Part shown: in pieces, positions 7,774 to 16,585 of the stretch
Layout: every line of letters starts with the position of its first letter
Position numbering within the stretch: position 1 is the first letter of the stretch
Assembly: GCA_963711465.1 (NCBI GenBank)
Contig: CAVQEG010000001.1
Coordinates: forward strand, 367,724 to 431,723
Length of the DNA stretch: 64,000 bases
Direction of reading: 5' to 3'
Origin: Chlorobiota bacterium
GTDB lineage: Bacteria > Bacteroidota > Ignavibacteria > OLB7
Translations under genes and position numbers: made by a program
Notes under the pieces: generated by a model
Databases searched by the model: none
What the model saw: the letters and a program-made list of their open reading frames with translations, nothing else
What the model was told of the DNA's origin: nothing

Positions 7774-10401
7774 CTACAACCCACTTCTCTGTTCGTACTT
7801 GATCGCGCTCAGCTCCGGCGCCTTCAGCCCGATGCTGAATCGGAACGCCTGCGTCGGGCCCAGCGGACTCCAGTCGAACTTCATCTCCCAGCAGTGGAGA
7901 TCCTTCACGAATGAAATAGTCGGAATCTGCAGGTCCCCGTTGAGCACGTCGAAGGTGAGCGATGCGGTCACGTTCGTCGTCGGCGTGAGCTTCAGCGACA
8001 GGTCGGTGCGGACGTCGAACTGTTCGTCGTACCGACTCTGATCGATGGGGTTCGGTACGGCCCGACGCGTCAGGTAATACGTTGCGCCGAAGGTCATCGA
8101 CCACGGCACCCGATAGCCATCCTGACCGCGTACCATCGTTCCATGGAATTCCTCAGGATCGAACGGAACGTGGCCCAGGACGAACCGTCCCCGCGTCGGA
8201 CTCAGCGTGTCGGTCTGCTCCGGCACGCCGAGCGCTCCGGCGGTGAGACCCTGGTCGCTGAGTGTGGCGGAGAACGTGAGGTTGGCGTTGCTCACGAACG
8301 GATGGAATTCATCGATCTGCACCGCCCGTGTCTCGCTGATCTGCACGCTCCGATACCATTGCACCCCCGCACGACCCGTCAGCGTGAACCAGCCCACCGG
8401 CGCGCTCAGGCCGATTGTCAGCGGACTCCACGCCAGCGAGTCGGCTGCCGCATTGTACCCTGTCGACAGGTTGATCGACCCCCACGTGACCGTTCGGTCC
8501 CCACCCGTGTCGCTCTGCCGGATCTTGGCGTCGAATGTATTGGCAATCGACAGCGACACCGACTCTGCGAGCGTCCTCGACGGCGTGATGCCGAGACCGG
8601 CGTCTCGCGCGAACACGTAGTACTGGCTGACACGCTGCAGGTCGCGATCGTAGGTGTTGGAGTAGTAGCGGGGAAAGTCCGGGTTGTACGTGAACGACAC
8701 CGAGGGCGTGATGGTGTGCCGGATCGCGTCGACGCCGAAGATGCCGCCCGGTCTGATCAGCCCGTAGAGTCGGGTCTGCACACGCACGCCGGCCGACCAC
8801 GCGAAGACGGGGTAGATACCATTGACGAAGCCCGTATCGCCCGAGGGTCGGATGAACATGCGGCGATTGAACACTGCGATCGACGGGTTGAACGAGGGAC
8901 TGACGGAGATCTTCCCGAAGTCCGGATTCCATGACAGGTACGGGCTGATGGTCATCCCGCGCTGCCAGTCGGTCTCCGGTTCGACGCCCGCGACCGTATC
9001 GATACCGCGCGTGTACACCGCCGCCAGACTCGTCTGCGCGCCAAAGGAGAGGGCACCGAGGACTCCGGCGTCGTGATTGGTGGAGCCGAGCAGCGGCACC
9101 TGGTTGATCCGCAGCGAGAGCGACGGGATCGTCTGTGACATCGCGCCGGTGACGATGTCCTGATTTCCACGGTAGCCCAGTGAGAGCGAACCGAAGTCCC
9201 ACGAGGTCGAGTACGACAGGTCCGAGGTGATCGTTCGCGTGGTCACGTCCTCGAAGGTGGTACCGAGATCGGCACGGCTCGTCGTCCGGCGGATCGGATC
9301 GGTGCCGGTGGCGAAGCGGACGTTGCCGCCGAGGCGGCTCGAGGTCCCCAGCTGCTGTTGGTGCGCGTAGTCGAACGTCCAGTTCGTGTTCAGCGGGTCG
9401 TCCGGATCGTTGCGTGTCTGACTGTACTTCACCGTCAGATCGGCCTGATCGATGACGTGGCGCAGGCGGAATCGGACCGTGGGTGAGATCTCGTAGCCTC
9501 CCTTGCTGTAGAGGTTGGCGGTCACCTTCGCGTCGATGTAATCGTTGCCGGCCCAGTAGTAGCCAAGCCCGATGATGGAGAATCCCCGCGTTGGGCTGCG
9601 CTCCCACGTCGGCACGATCAGACCGGACGCCTTCGCCTGGCGGTTGAGATCGAAATACAGGCCGACGGGGATCTTCGCAATCGGAACCCCCTCGATGGCG
9701 AGCGTGGGTTCGTCGAGGTAGATCTTGTCGTTGAGATCGGCGCGCATCCGATCGGCGTGGAAGTAGTAGTGCGGTTGGGGTTCGTCGCACGTGGTGAAGT
9801 ACCCGTCCTGGATGAAGACCGTCTTCTGCGCCACGCGCTTGATCTTCTCACCGTAGTAGTAGCCGTCGCCGAACGCGGTCTGAACCGCTTCGGAGCGTCC
9901 GACGCCGGTCTTGAAGTCGTAGGAGATGCGTCTGGCAGTGACCTTCTGTGCGCCGTCGGTAAAGACCGCGGGCCCGATTTCCTCCCGAGTCGTCGAATCG
10001 AATTGCGCCATCGCAACGACCGTCGAGGCCTTCAGGTCGATGACGATCAGTTCGGCCGTCAGCGTCTTCCCTCCGAATCTCACCGACGCGTCGCCGTAAA
10101 GGGTCACGGTGCGTTCGATCTGATCGGCGACGATGCTGTCGCGTGCCGAATAGACGATCACCGTATCGACGCCCGAGGGGTTGACGATCACGCGGCGGCC
10201 GGTCCGACGACCCGTGATTGCCGCGCCCGACGTGTCGCTGCTGAGCGAGTCGGACCGGAGCGTATCCGGATGCAGCGTGTCGGCCGATGGTGTGGGTACG
10301 CGGGTGGTATCGGGCTGTGCGCGCACCGGCGCGGCGACGACGCCGAGGGCGGCGAGCATCAACAGAAGGCAGCAGAGCAGGCGACGGTACCACTGGTGCA
10401 T
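7774..10401 (-). CDS. LptD-like outer-membrane beta-barrel protein (putative LPS assembly protein, Bacteroidota type)
   Basis: The 875-aa ORF has a signal peptide (LLLMLAALGVVAAPVRAQ). An OstA-like N-terminal segment follows (VIVYSARDSIVADQIERTVTLYGDASVRFGGKTLTAELIVIDL). The remainder is a long beta-rich region with an aromatic C-terminus. The family assignment comes from resemblance only. Confidence 0.6.
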   Translation of the reverse strand: MHQWYRRLLCCLLLMLAALGVVAAPVRAQPDTTRVPTPSADTLHPDTLRSDSLSSDTSGAAITGRRTGRRVIVNPSGVDTVIVYSARDSIVADQIERTVTLYGDASVRFGGKTLTAELIVIDLKASTVVAMAQFDSTTREEIGPAVFTDGAQKVTARRISYDFKTGVGRSEAVQTAFGDGYYYGEKIKRVAQKTVFIQDGYFTTCDEPQPHYYFHADRMRADLNDKIYLDEPTLAIEGVPIAKIPVGLYFDLNRQAKASGLIVPTWERSPTRGFSIIGLGYYWAGNDYIDAKVTANLYSKGGYEISPTVRFRLRHVIDQADLTVKYSQTRNDPDDPLNTNWTFDYAHQQQLGTSSRLGGNVRFATGTDPIRRTTSRADLGTTFEDVTTRTITSDLSYSTSWDFGSLSLGYRGNQDIVTGAMSQTIPSLSLRINQVPLLGSTNHDAGVLGALSFGAQTSLAAVYTRGIDTVAGVEPETDWQRGMTISPYLSWNPDFGKISVSPSFNPSIAVFNRRMFIRPSGDTGFVNGIYPVFAWSAGVRVQTRLYGLIRPGGIFGVDAIRHTITPSVSFTYNPDFPRYYSNTYDRDLQRVSQYYVFARDAGLGITPSRTLAESVSLSIANTFDAKIRQSDTGGDRTVTWGSINLSTGYNAAADSLAWSPLTIGLSAPVGWFTLTGRAGVQWYRSVQISETRAVQIDEFHPFVSNANLTFSATLSDQGLTAGALGVPEQTDTLSPTRGRFVLGHVPFDPEEFHGTMVRGQDGYRVPWSMTFGATYYLTRRAVPNPIDQSRYDEQFDVRTDLSLKLTPTTNVTASLTFDVLNGDLQIPTISFVKDLHCWEMKFDWSPLGPTQAFRFSIGLKAPELSAIKYEQRSGL

Positions 10402-10440
10402 GCGCAGACGGAATTCCGGGAGGAGCGTTCGCGGGATGCG

Positions 10441-11223
10441 TCAGATGTGACGTCGTTCGACGCCGGCCGGGACGTCGAGCGCAAACGACTTCGAGGTGTC
10501 GATGGTTGTGTCGACCTTGTCGACCGATATCCAGAGCGTCTGCGCGGCGTCGTCGATGTTCACGACGGCGCTGTGCGGGAACATCCGCTCGCCGGCCATG
10601 CGGAAGTTCGCGTATTCGATCGACAGCTCCTGCACGGTGTCGGCGCCGGAGATCCGCATCCGGACGAACCGCACGACGCTCTTCCGTGCCGGATCGATGG
10701 TGAACGTCTCGGTCCGGCCGCCCTTGTCGACCATGTAGCGCAGACCGTCGTCGGACGACTCGGTACGGTACTCGCCGCGCTCGGGTACCGAGGGAAGCTC
10801 ACCCCGGAAGAGCGCCACGAGTTCGTCATACCCGACGTTGACCATCATCACCTTCCGAAACGTATCGTGATCCGGCGTGCCTTCGAAGACGGTGTTGTCC
10901 TGAGGACTGAAGAATTCAAACGTCTGAGGCGTCGCGCTCATCGCGCCGACGGGCATCCCGAACGGTCCGGTCAGAATCGTCTTCACCGAGTCATGGGCGC
11001 GAACGTAGGCGTCGAACCAGATCTTGGTCGGGACACCGCTGGCGGTGAGCGTCCCATTGATGGTCAGCATCGGTGTGGTCGCGTAACCGGCGGTGACCTC
11101 GTGCAGCAGTGCATCTGCCTGGTCGTCGTCGAGCGTCGTGCGGGACGCGCCGGCGCAGCCCGCGATCGTGACGACGAGGGGAACGGCGAAGAGCAGGAGA
11201 CAGCGGGACGGGAAGGAATTCAT
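10441..11223 (-). CDS. DUF4292-like (LolB-fold-like) lipoprotein
   Basis: The start is trimmed to the internal ATG at 11223 (MNSFPSRCLLLFAVPLVVTIAGCAG), which gives a lipobox. The size is about 260 aa, and it lies next to a TPR protein as in Bacteroidota DUF4292 loci. The upstream part of track ORF 10441..11730 is Arg-rich shadow. Confidence 0.6.
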   Translation of the reverse strand: MNSFPSRCLLLFAVPLVVTIAGCAGASRTTLDDDQADALLHEVTAGYATTPMLTINGTLTASGVPTKIWFDAYVRAHDSVKTILTGPFGMPVGAMSATPQTFEFFSPQDNTVFEGTPDHDTFRKVMMVNVGYDELVALFRGELPSVPERGEYRTESSDDGLRYMVDKGGRTETFTIDPARKSVVRFVRMRISGADTVQELSIEYANFRMAGERMFPHSAVVNIDDAAQTLWISVDKVDTTIDTSKSFALDVPAGVERRHI

Positions 11224-11279
11224 TCGTGGGCGCCTGGGCGAACGATGGATGGGATTGCAGCGGAGCGTCGCGATGACCA

Positions 11280-13043
11280 CTACCGTTGCGGGTCGTCGAG
11301 ACGCTCGAGCTTGTGACGAATCGACGGAGCGTTCGGTTGCATCTGCAGCGCGCGCCGGTAGGCATCGCCGGCGGAATCGGGATTGCCGTCGGCGGCAAGC
11401 GCGTCGCCGTAATGTTCCAGAAGCTCGGCACTCGCTCCGCCGGCAGCAGCGGCGCGTCCAATGTACTGCACCGCCTTGGCGTAATCGCGGGATTGGAAAC
11501 AGATCCACCCGATCGTATGGAGGTAGTCCGGGTTCTCCGGTTCCTTCGACAGCGCAAGCTCGACCATACCGCGGGCTTCGTCGAGTCTGACTCCGCGACG
11601 GGCGAGTGAGTAAGCCCATGCGTTCATGAAGTCGGGATTTTCCGGATCGGCCGTGAGCGCGCGACGAAAGGCGTCGTCGCTGACGGCGAAGCGTCCCCGT
11701 CTGTCGGCCACCCGGGCCAGCTCGCACCACGCATCGGGTTCGCCGGGATCGATGCGCGTCGCCAGACGAAGCTGGTTCTCTGCGATGTCGAGTCGACCGA
11801 CCGCTTCATGGGCGCGACCGAGCAGCAGGGGAACGCGCACCTCGCTGTCGAGAAGCCGTGCCGACGGAGACAGCCATCGGACCAGGCGCCGTGCCTGACC
11901 GTCGGCGAGATACCGTTCGGCTACCCTGATCCATTCGTATGGATCGGACCGATCGTCAGCGAAGGCCCGCGCAATCAGCGTGTCGCCGGACGTGTCGCCT
12001 GCGAGGTAGAGCAGCCATCCACGACGCAGGTCCAGTTCCCATGAATCTTCGACCGGCGGGACCGAACGGGCCAGATGAACGGCGTAGGCGCGAAGTTCTC
12101 GCGGTGGGTCGTACGATCCGTCGAGTCGTTCGGCGACACTTCCGAGGTAGTGGTCATAGAATGCGGTGGCTGCCGAGTCGTCGTTGAGTGCTTCAGGCAT
12201 GTCGTCGTACAGCCTTTCGGCATCGTCGTAGCGTCCGGCCGACACGAGCGAGGAGAGGAGCGTGGAATACAGGGTCGGGTTACCATCGCCGATAGCCGTG
12301 ATCCGGTGGGTGATGCCGATCGCATCGTCGAGATTTCCCACCCGGACGTACAGACTCGTCAGATCGTAGAGCAGCTGCGGATCGTCCCCGACGGCGCGAA
12401 GGACCGTTTCGTACTCCGCTATGGCCTTCCATGGATCGGTGCGGTGACAGGAGAACGCGAGCATGTAGTGGGCCTGAATGTCATCGGGATCCATCGCGAG
12501 GATGCGAGCGTACTGTTCGGCCGCTTCGGGGTAGCGACCGAACTCGATGAGCACGTCGCCAAGGAGCGATCGGGCATCGACGCTGCCGGGCGCCAGGTCG
12601 ACCGCGGCGCGAGCGTGACGAAGCGCGCTGTCGCCCTGCTCGAGGTAATCGAAGCAGCGAGCCATCGCGTAGTGCACCGCGCTGCTGGCCGTATCGAAGC
12701 GCAGGGCGCGTCGATATTCGTCGATGGCGGACTCGTACTGCTGCTGCATCTGCAGGAGCGAACCCTCGGTGAAGAACCGTTCGGTGAGGCGGTGTCGAAG
12801 TTCTGCCAGCTGTTCGCGCTGCGTCGCTTCGGTCGGGATCGGATCCTCGGCGGCATCGACCGATCGGCCTATCCCACCTGCCGTGCCGCATGCTCCGAGC
12901 GCGAATGCGAGCAGCACCACGACGGCGACGAGCCAGGGAAGGGCGTACGTGGGTCGCTCGAGGACTGTTCCACGACCCACCCGACCGTGTGCGTCGGGAG
13001 ATTGTGGGTGGATGGTTAAGTTGACGGTCTTTCGAATTTTCAT
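11280..13043 (-). CDS. Tetratricopeptide-repeat (TPR) protein, membrane-anchored or lipoprotein
   Basis: The start is trimmed to MKIRKT at 13043. It has a TM/lipobox-like segment [10 protein letters not shown] followed by many TPR-like units ([58 protein letters not shown] and others). Confidence 0.8.
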   Translation of the reverse strand: MKIRKTVNLTIHPQSPDAHGRVGRGTVLERPTYALPWLVAVVVLLAFALGACGTAGGIGRSVDAAEDPIPTEATQREQLAELRHRLTERFFTEGSLLQMQQQYESAIDEYRRALRFDTASSAVHYAMARCFDYLEQGDSALRHARAAVDLAPGSVDARSLLGDVLIEFGRYPEAAEQYARILAMDPDDIQAHYMLAFSCHRTDPWKAIAEYETVLRAVGDDPQLLYDLTSLYVRVGNLDDAIGITHRITAIGDGNPTLYSTLLSSLVSAGRYDDAERLYDDMPEALNDDSAATAFYDHYLGSVAERLDGSYDPPRELRAYAVHLARSVPPVEDSWELDLRRGWLLYLAGDTSGDTLIARAFADDRSDPYEWIRVAERYLADGQARRLVRWLSPSARLLDSEVRVPLLLGRAHEAVGRLDIAENQLRLATRIDPGEPDAWCELARVADRRGRFAVSDDAFRRALTADPENPDFMNAWAYSLARRGVRLDEARGMVELALSKEPENPDYLHTIGWICFQSRDYAKAVQYIGRAAAAGGASAELLEHYGDALAADGNPDSAGDAYRRALQMQPNAPSIRHKLERLDDPQR

Positions 13044-13074
13044 ACCTGGCAGGCGTTGCAGGCGGAACATACAA

Positions 13075-14154
13075 ATGCTCGACAAGCTCCGACAGATACA
13101 TACGCGGTACGAGGAGATCGAGCGGCGGCTGTCCGATCCGGCCGTTGCGAGCGACCCGAAATTGCTCCGCGAGGTGATGCGTGAGAAGAAGCAGTTGACG
13201 CCGATCATCGAGGAATACCACGCCTATGCCAGACTGCTCGACGAGCTCCAGGGGGCCGAGCAGGTAATGCGATCGACGAACGACCCGGAGATGCGTGCGC
13301 TGGCCGAAGATGAGTTCGAGCATCTGCGGGAGCGGCGAGGCGAAATGGAGGAGACGATCCGCATGCTGCTGATTCCGGGTGATCCGGACGACTCGAAGGA
13401 CTGCATCGTCGAGATCCGCGCGGGTACCGGTGGCGACGAGGCCGCGCTGTTTGCGGCGGATCTGTTTCGCATGTACTCGCGGTATGCTGAGCAGAAGCGG
13501 TGGAAGCTGGAGGTGCTCGATTTCCACGAGTCCGATCTCGGCGGCTACAAGGAGATCTCGTTCATGCTCTCGGGCGACGACGTCTTCGGTTCGATGAAGT
13601 TCGAGTCGGGCGTCCACCGCGTGCAGCGGATTCCGGCGACCGAGCAGCAGGGACGGGTGCACACGTCGGTGGCGACCGTTGCGGTGCTTCCCGAGGCCGA
13701 GGAGGTCGAAATCGACGTCAATCCGTCGGACATCCAGATGGACACGTATCGATCCGGCGGCAAGGGGGGCCAGAACGTCAACAAGGTCGAGACGGCGGTC
13801 CGTCTGACGCATGTGCCGAGCGGTGTGGTCGTGGCCTGTCAGCAGGAGCGGTCGCAGCTGCAGAACCGGGAGCGCGCGATGAAGATGCTGCGTGCGAAGC
13901 TGTATGAAATCGAGCGGGAGCGGGTCGAGGGTGAGTACGCGGCGCAGCGCAAGTCGCTCGTGGGTTCGGGAGATCGCTCGGACAAGATTCGCACGTACAA
14001 TTTCCCGCAGAACCGCGTCACCGATCATCGGCTCGAGGGTGAGGCAAAGAACCACCCGCTGAATTCCGTCGTCGAAGGCGATCTCGATCCGATCATAACC
14101 GCGCTGAAGGTCTCCGAGCGGACCCGCATGCTGAAGCAGGGCGTGACGATCTGA
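13075..14154 (+). CDS. prfA: Peptide chain release factor 1
   Basis: It starts [22 protein letters not shown]. It carries the RF1-specific PAT tripeptide ([17 protein letters not shown]) and the GGQ motif ([20 protein letters not shown]). The start is internal to track ORF 12724..14154. Confidence 0.95.
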   Translation: MLDKLRQIHTRYEEIERRLSDPAVASDPKLLREVMREKKQLTPIIEEYHAYARLLDELQGAEQVMRSTNDPEMRALAEDEFEHLRERRGEMEETIRMLLIPGDPDDSKDCIVEIRAGTGGDEAALFAADLFRMYSRYAEQKRWKLEVLDFHESDLGGYKEISFMLSGDDVFGSMKFESGVHRVQRIPATEQQGRVHTSVATVAVLPEAEEVEIDVNPSDIQMDTYRSGGKGGQNVNKVETAVRLTHVPSGVVVACQQERSQLQNRERAMKMLRAKLYEIERERVEGEYAAQRKSLVGSGDRSDKIRTYNFPQNRVTDHRLEGEAKNHPLNSVVEGDLDPIITALKVSERTRMLKQGVTI

Positions 14155-14184
14155 GGCGCTGAACTGGCGCGAATCAAGCCGGAG

Positions 14185-14209
14185 GGAATTCAATGATCGA
14201 TTGAATTCC
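14185..14209. repeat. Perfect inverted repeat GGAATTCAAT-gatcg-ATTGAATTCC (10-bp arms, 5-nt spacer)
   Basis: I read it directly from the sequence. It lies 31 nt after the prfA stop and about 175 nt upstream of the L,D-transpeptidase start. No U-run follows, so it is not a canonical intrinsic terminator. Confidence 0.9.
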
Positions 14210-14383
14210 GTCATGCAGTGTGGCGCGTGGCGCCGCGGGTTTTATATTGCTGCAGCGGCGCGAGCCCACGCCGCTCACGTCGGTCCCGCCGACAATCGGC
14301 GACCACAGCACCAGAATTCTCCGTTCCCCAACTCACCGGCCCATTGCGACGGCATCGCTGCCGTCGATTCCGCAGGAGTCCCC

Positions 14384-15739
14384 ATGATTCGCACGAGGTT
14401 CACACGTTTCGTCGGCGGTACCACGACCGTTGTCGTTCTGCTGTGCGCGTTCGGTGGCTGTCAGCACGACGCGGTCGATCACCTCGACAAAGAGCAGAGC
14501 GCCACAGCCACGCCGGTGGTCGACAGGGCCCCGGTCGACACCGTCGATCCGCGGACGATTCCGCCCGAAGGCGTTCCCCCGGTGCCTGCCGGATTTGATG
14601 TCGACTCGGCGCTGGCAGCCCTCGACAGCGCCACGCCCGACGCGTTCCCCGGCATCGCCTACCATCGCGTCTACATCTCCAGCCGGTCGATGCGGGACTC
14701 GATCCATCGCGCGAACGCGCCGCACGACTCCACCATGGCTGCCTACCGGGTGCTGACGACGCTCAACCGCTGCAACCTCGGGTACATCGGCGTCGGTGAC
14801 ACGATCATCACCGCCGACAGCATCGTCGAGGATCTGCGTGCCTACTCGGTCTTCCCGCTGTCGTATCCGGCCGGGGCGAACATTCGCAAGCTCATCGTGA
14901 TCTCCAATGCCATGCAGGCCTACGGTTGCTACGAGTACGGACATCTCGTGCGTTTCGCCGCAGCCAACACCGGGCGCGAATCCAAGCCGACGCTGCCCGG
15001 TCGCTACGCGCTCAACTGGAAGCAACGTCTGCGCATTTCGTCGCTGAACGACAACTGGAAGCTGCCGTTCACCTGGAACTTCCAGCTCTACGCCGGCAAC
15101 GCGTTCCATGAATTCAGCATGCCCGGCCGCCCCGTGTCACATTCGTGTGTCCGTCAGTTCAAAGAGGATGCGGAGTGGCTGTATCACTGGGGGGAGGGAG
15201 GCCGACTCAACGGAAACGACCGCATCATTCCGCTCAGCGGAACGCCCGTCCTTATCGTCGATATGTTCGACTACAGTCGGCCGAAGTATGGTCCCTGGCT
15301 CGATCTCACCTCCAATCACGACGGTCTGGTATCCCTTCCCGACGCTCCGATGGGCGTCGATGAAGCGTTGATTCCGATCTCACAGGTTCCTCCGAATGTT
15401 CGAGGAGGACTGCCCGATCGAAAGCGGTACGAAACGGCCGAGAAGGTGTTGAAGGAACGTGGTGTGCTGCGTGCCGAGGCGCATCTGGCGCCATCGATCG
15501 ATTACAACAAGCAGCGAGAAGAGCGTCGCAGACGTCGCGAGGCGGCCGCGGCGGCGACGGCCGTTGCCTCGCGCGATCGCGCTCCAAAGAAGGCGTCGGT
15601 CACCGACACCTCGACCGAACACACGGCCTCGGCGGTGGAGGAACCCGAAGTCCGGAACATCGATCCGCCGCATCCGGCCGAATCGGCACAGCCCACTGTC
15701 ATCGGTCCGATCCTGCCGCCCTCGAACGGAGGGAAGTGA
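14384..15739 (+). CDS. L,D-transpeptidase (YkuD) family lipoprotein with a charged, low-complexity C-terminal tail
   Basis: The start is trimmed to MIRTRFTRFVGGTTTVVVLLCAFGGC (lipobox). The YkuD catalytic signature is HEFSMPGRPVSHSCVR, which fits H...SH(G/S)C(I/V)R. Confidence 0.75.
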   Translation: MIRTRFTRFVGGTTTVVVLLCAFGGCQHDAVDHLDKEQSATATPVVDRAPVDTVDPRTIPPEGVPPVPAGFDVDSALAALDSATPDAFPGIAYHRVYISSRSMRDSIHRANAPHDSTMAAYRVLTTLNRCNLGYIGVGDTIITADSIVEDLRAYSVFPLSYPAGANIRKLIVISNAMQAYGCYEYGHLVRFAAANTGRESKPTLPGRYALNWKQRLRISSLNDNWKLPFTWNFQLYAGNAFHEFSMPGRPVSHSCVRQFKEDAEWLYHWGEGGRLNGNDRIIPLSGTPVLIVDMFDYSRPKYGPWLDLTSNHDGLVSLPDAPMGVDEALIPISQVPPNVRGGLPDRKRYETAEKVLKERGVLRAEAHLAPSIDYNKQREERRRRREAAAAATAVASRDRAPKKASVTDTSTEHTASAVEEPEVRNIDPPHPAESAQPTVIGPILPPSNGGK

Positions 15740-15802
15740 ACCACCCGGTCGCTCGGCAGGTGTCGGGAAGCGCTCCCGCCGCGGGGTCGTTTCCGGGCCG
15801 CT

Positions 15803-16456
15803 CTACCGTCGCAGGTCGACGACGCGCGTGTCCTTGGGAGGGCTGAAGCTGAATCGGGACGCTGGAATCGACCCGTTGTAGTTGGCCGAGTTCACCGTTA
15901 TGGTCATCGCACCTGCTGCGGCACTCGTGATGCCGATCTGCTCGAAGCGATAGGTCGACTTGTTGATGTACAGCGTCGCTTCGGTCACATCGCCGATGCG
16001 AGTGCCCGAACCAGCTGTGGCCCGCACCACCCAGACAGACTTCCCATTGACCTTGTCCGAACCGACGAGGGTGGTTTCGTAGTCACCGGGAAACATGGTG
16101 AGAATCTGGTCGGGTGTGATCTGGCCCGCCCGCTTCGAGGCCGTGGAGATCACGACCTGGTTGCGCGATGGCACGTACCGCCACACCGAAGCGCCGTCGC
16201 TCACGATCGTCTGATTGGGATACTCGAGCCGGTATCTGTCGCCGGTGGAAAACCAGAGTGTGCCGCTGGTCGTGCCGCCTGCGTCGCGTTGTGAGAATTC
16301 CACCTTACCGGCAGTGGTGTTCTTGTACAGTGAGCGCGTCCGGGCAACGATCTGCGCGCCGTCGTCGGTCCGCTGGCGAGGCGAATATCGTGGTGATGCG
16401 ATCGCTCCGGCGATCAGTGATACAGCGAGCGCAAGTGTCGAGAACATGGTCGTCAT
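15803..16456 (-). CDS. LolA-like outer-membrane lipoprotein carrier protein
   Basis: It has a signal peptide (MTTMFSTLALAVSLIAGAIA) and the LolA-type pattern GTLWFSTGDRYRLEYPNQTIVSDGASVWRYVPSRNQVVIS. The size is about 217 aa. The start comes from a residue offset in track ORF 15803..16492 and may be off by 1 nt relative to my reading of the printed sequence. Confidence 0.65.
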   Translation of the reverse strand: MTTMFSTLALAVSLIAGAIASPRYSPRQRTDDGAQIVARTRSLYKNTTAGKVEFSQRDAGGTTSGTLWFSTGDRYRLEYPNQTIVSDGASVWRYVPSRNQVVISTASKRAGQITPDQILTMFPGDYETTLVGSDKVNGKSVWVVRATAGSGTRIGDVTEATLYINKSTYRFEQIGITSAAAGAMTITVNSANYNGSIPASRFSFSPPKDTRVVDLRR

Positions 16457-16585
16457 GATCCTTCTGTCGATGAGTAGTTCCTGGATTCGCACTCCGTGAG
16501 GATGCGGCAGTGTTGCCTGTGTGCTGATTCCGACGGCCTCGGATCGCGCGCGTTTAAAGGCGGGTTCGGCGTCGGCTCGGCCCGG

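Noticed and set aside
9757-11316. A 519-aa plus-strand ORF lies across the LptD-like and DUF4292 genes.
   Set aside because: It is an antisense shadow with Arg/Asp/His-rich composition. The opposite strand carries signal-peptide-bearing proteins with family resemblance.
12481-14214. A 577-aa minus-strand ORF lies antisense to prfA.
   Set aside because: prfA is unambiguous (GGQ and PAT motifs). The antisense ORF is Arg/Leu/His-rich with no motifs.
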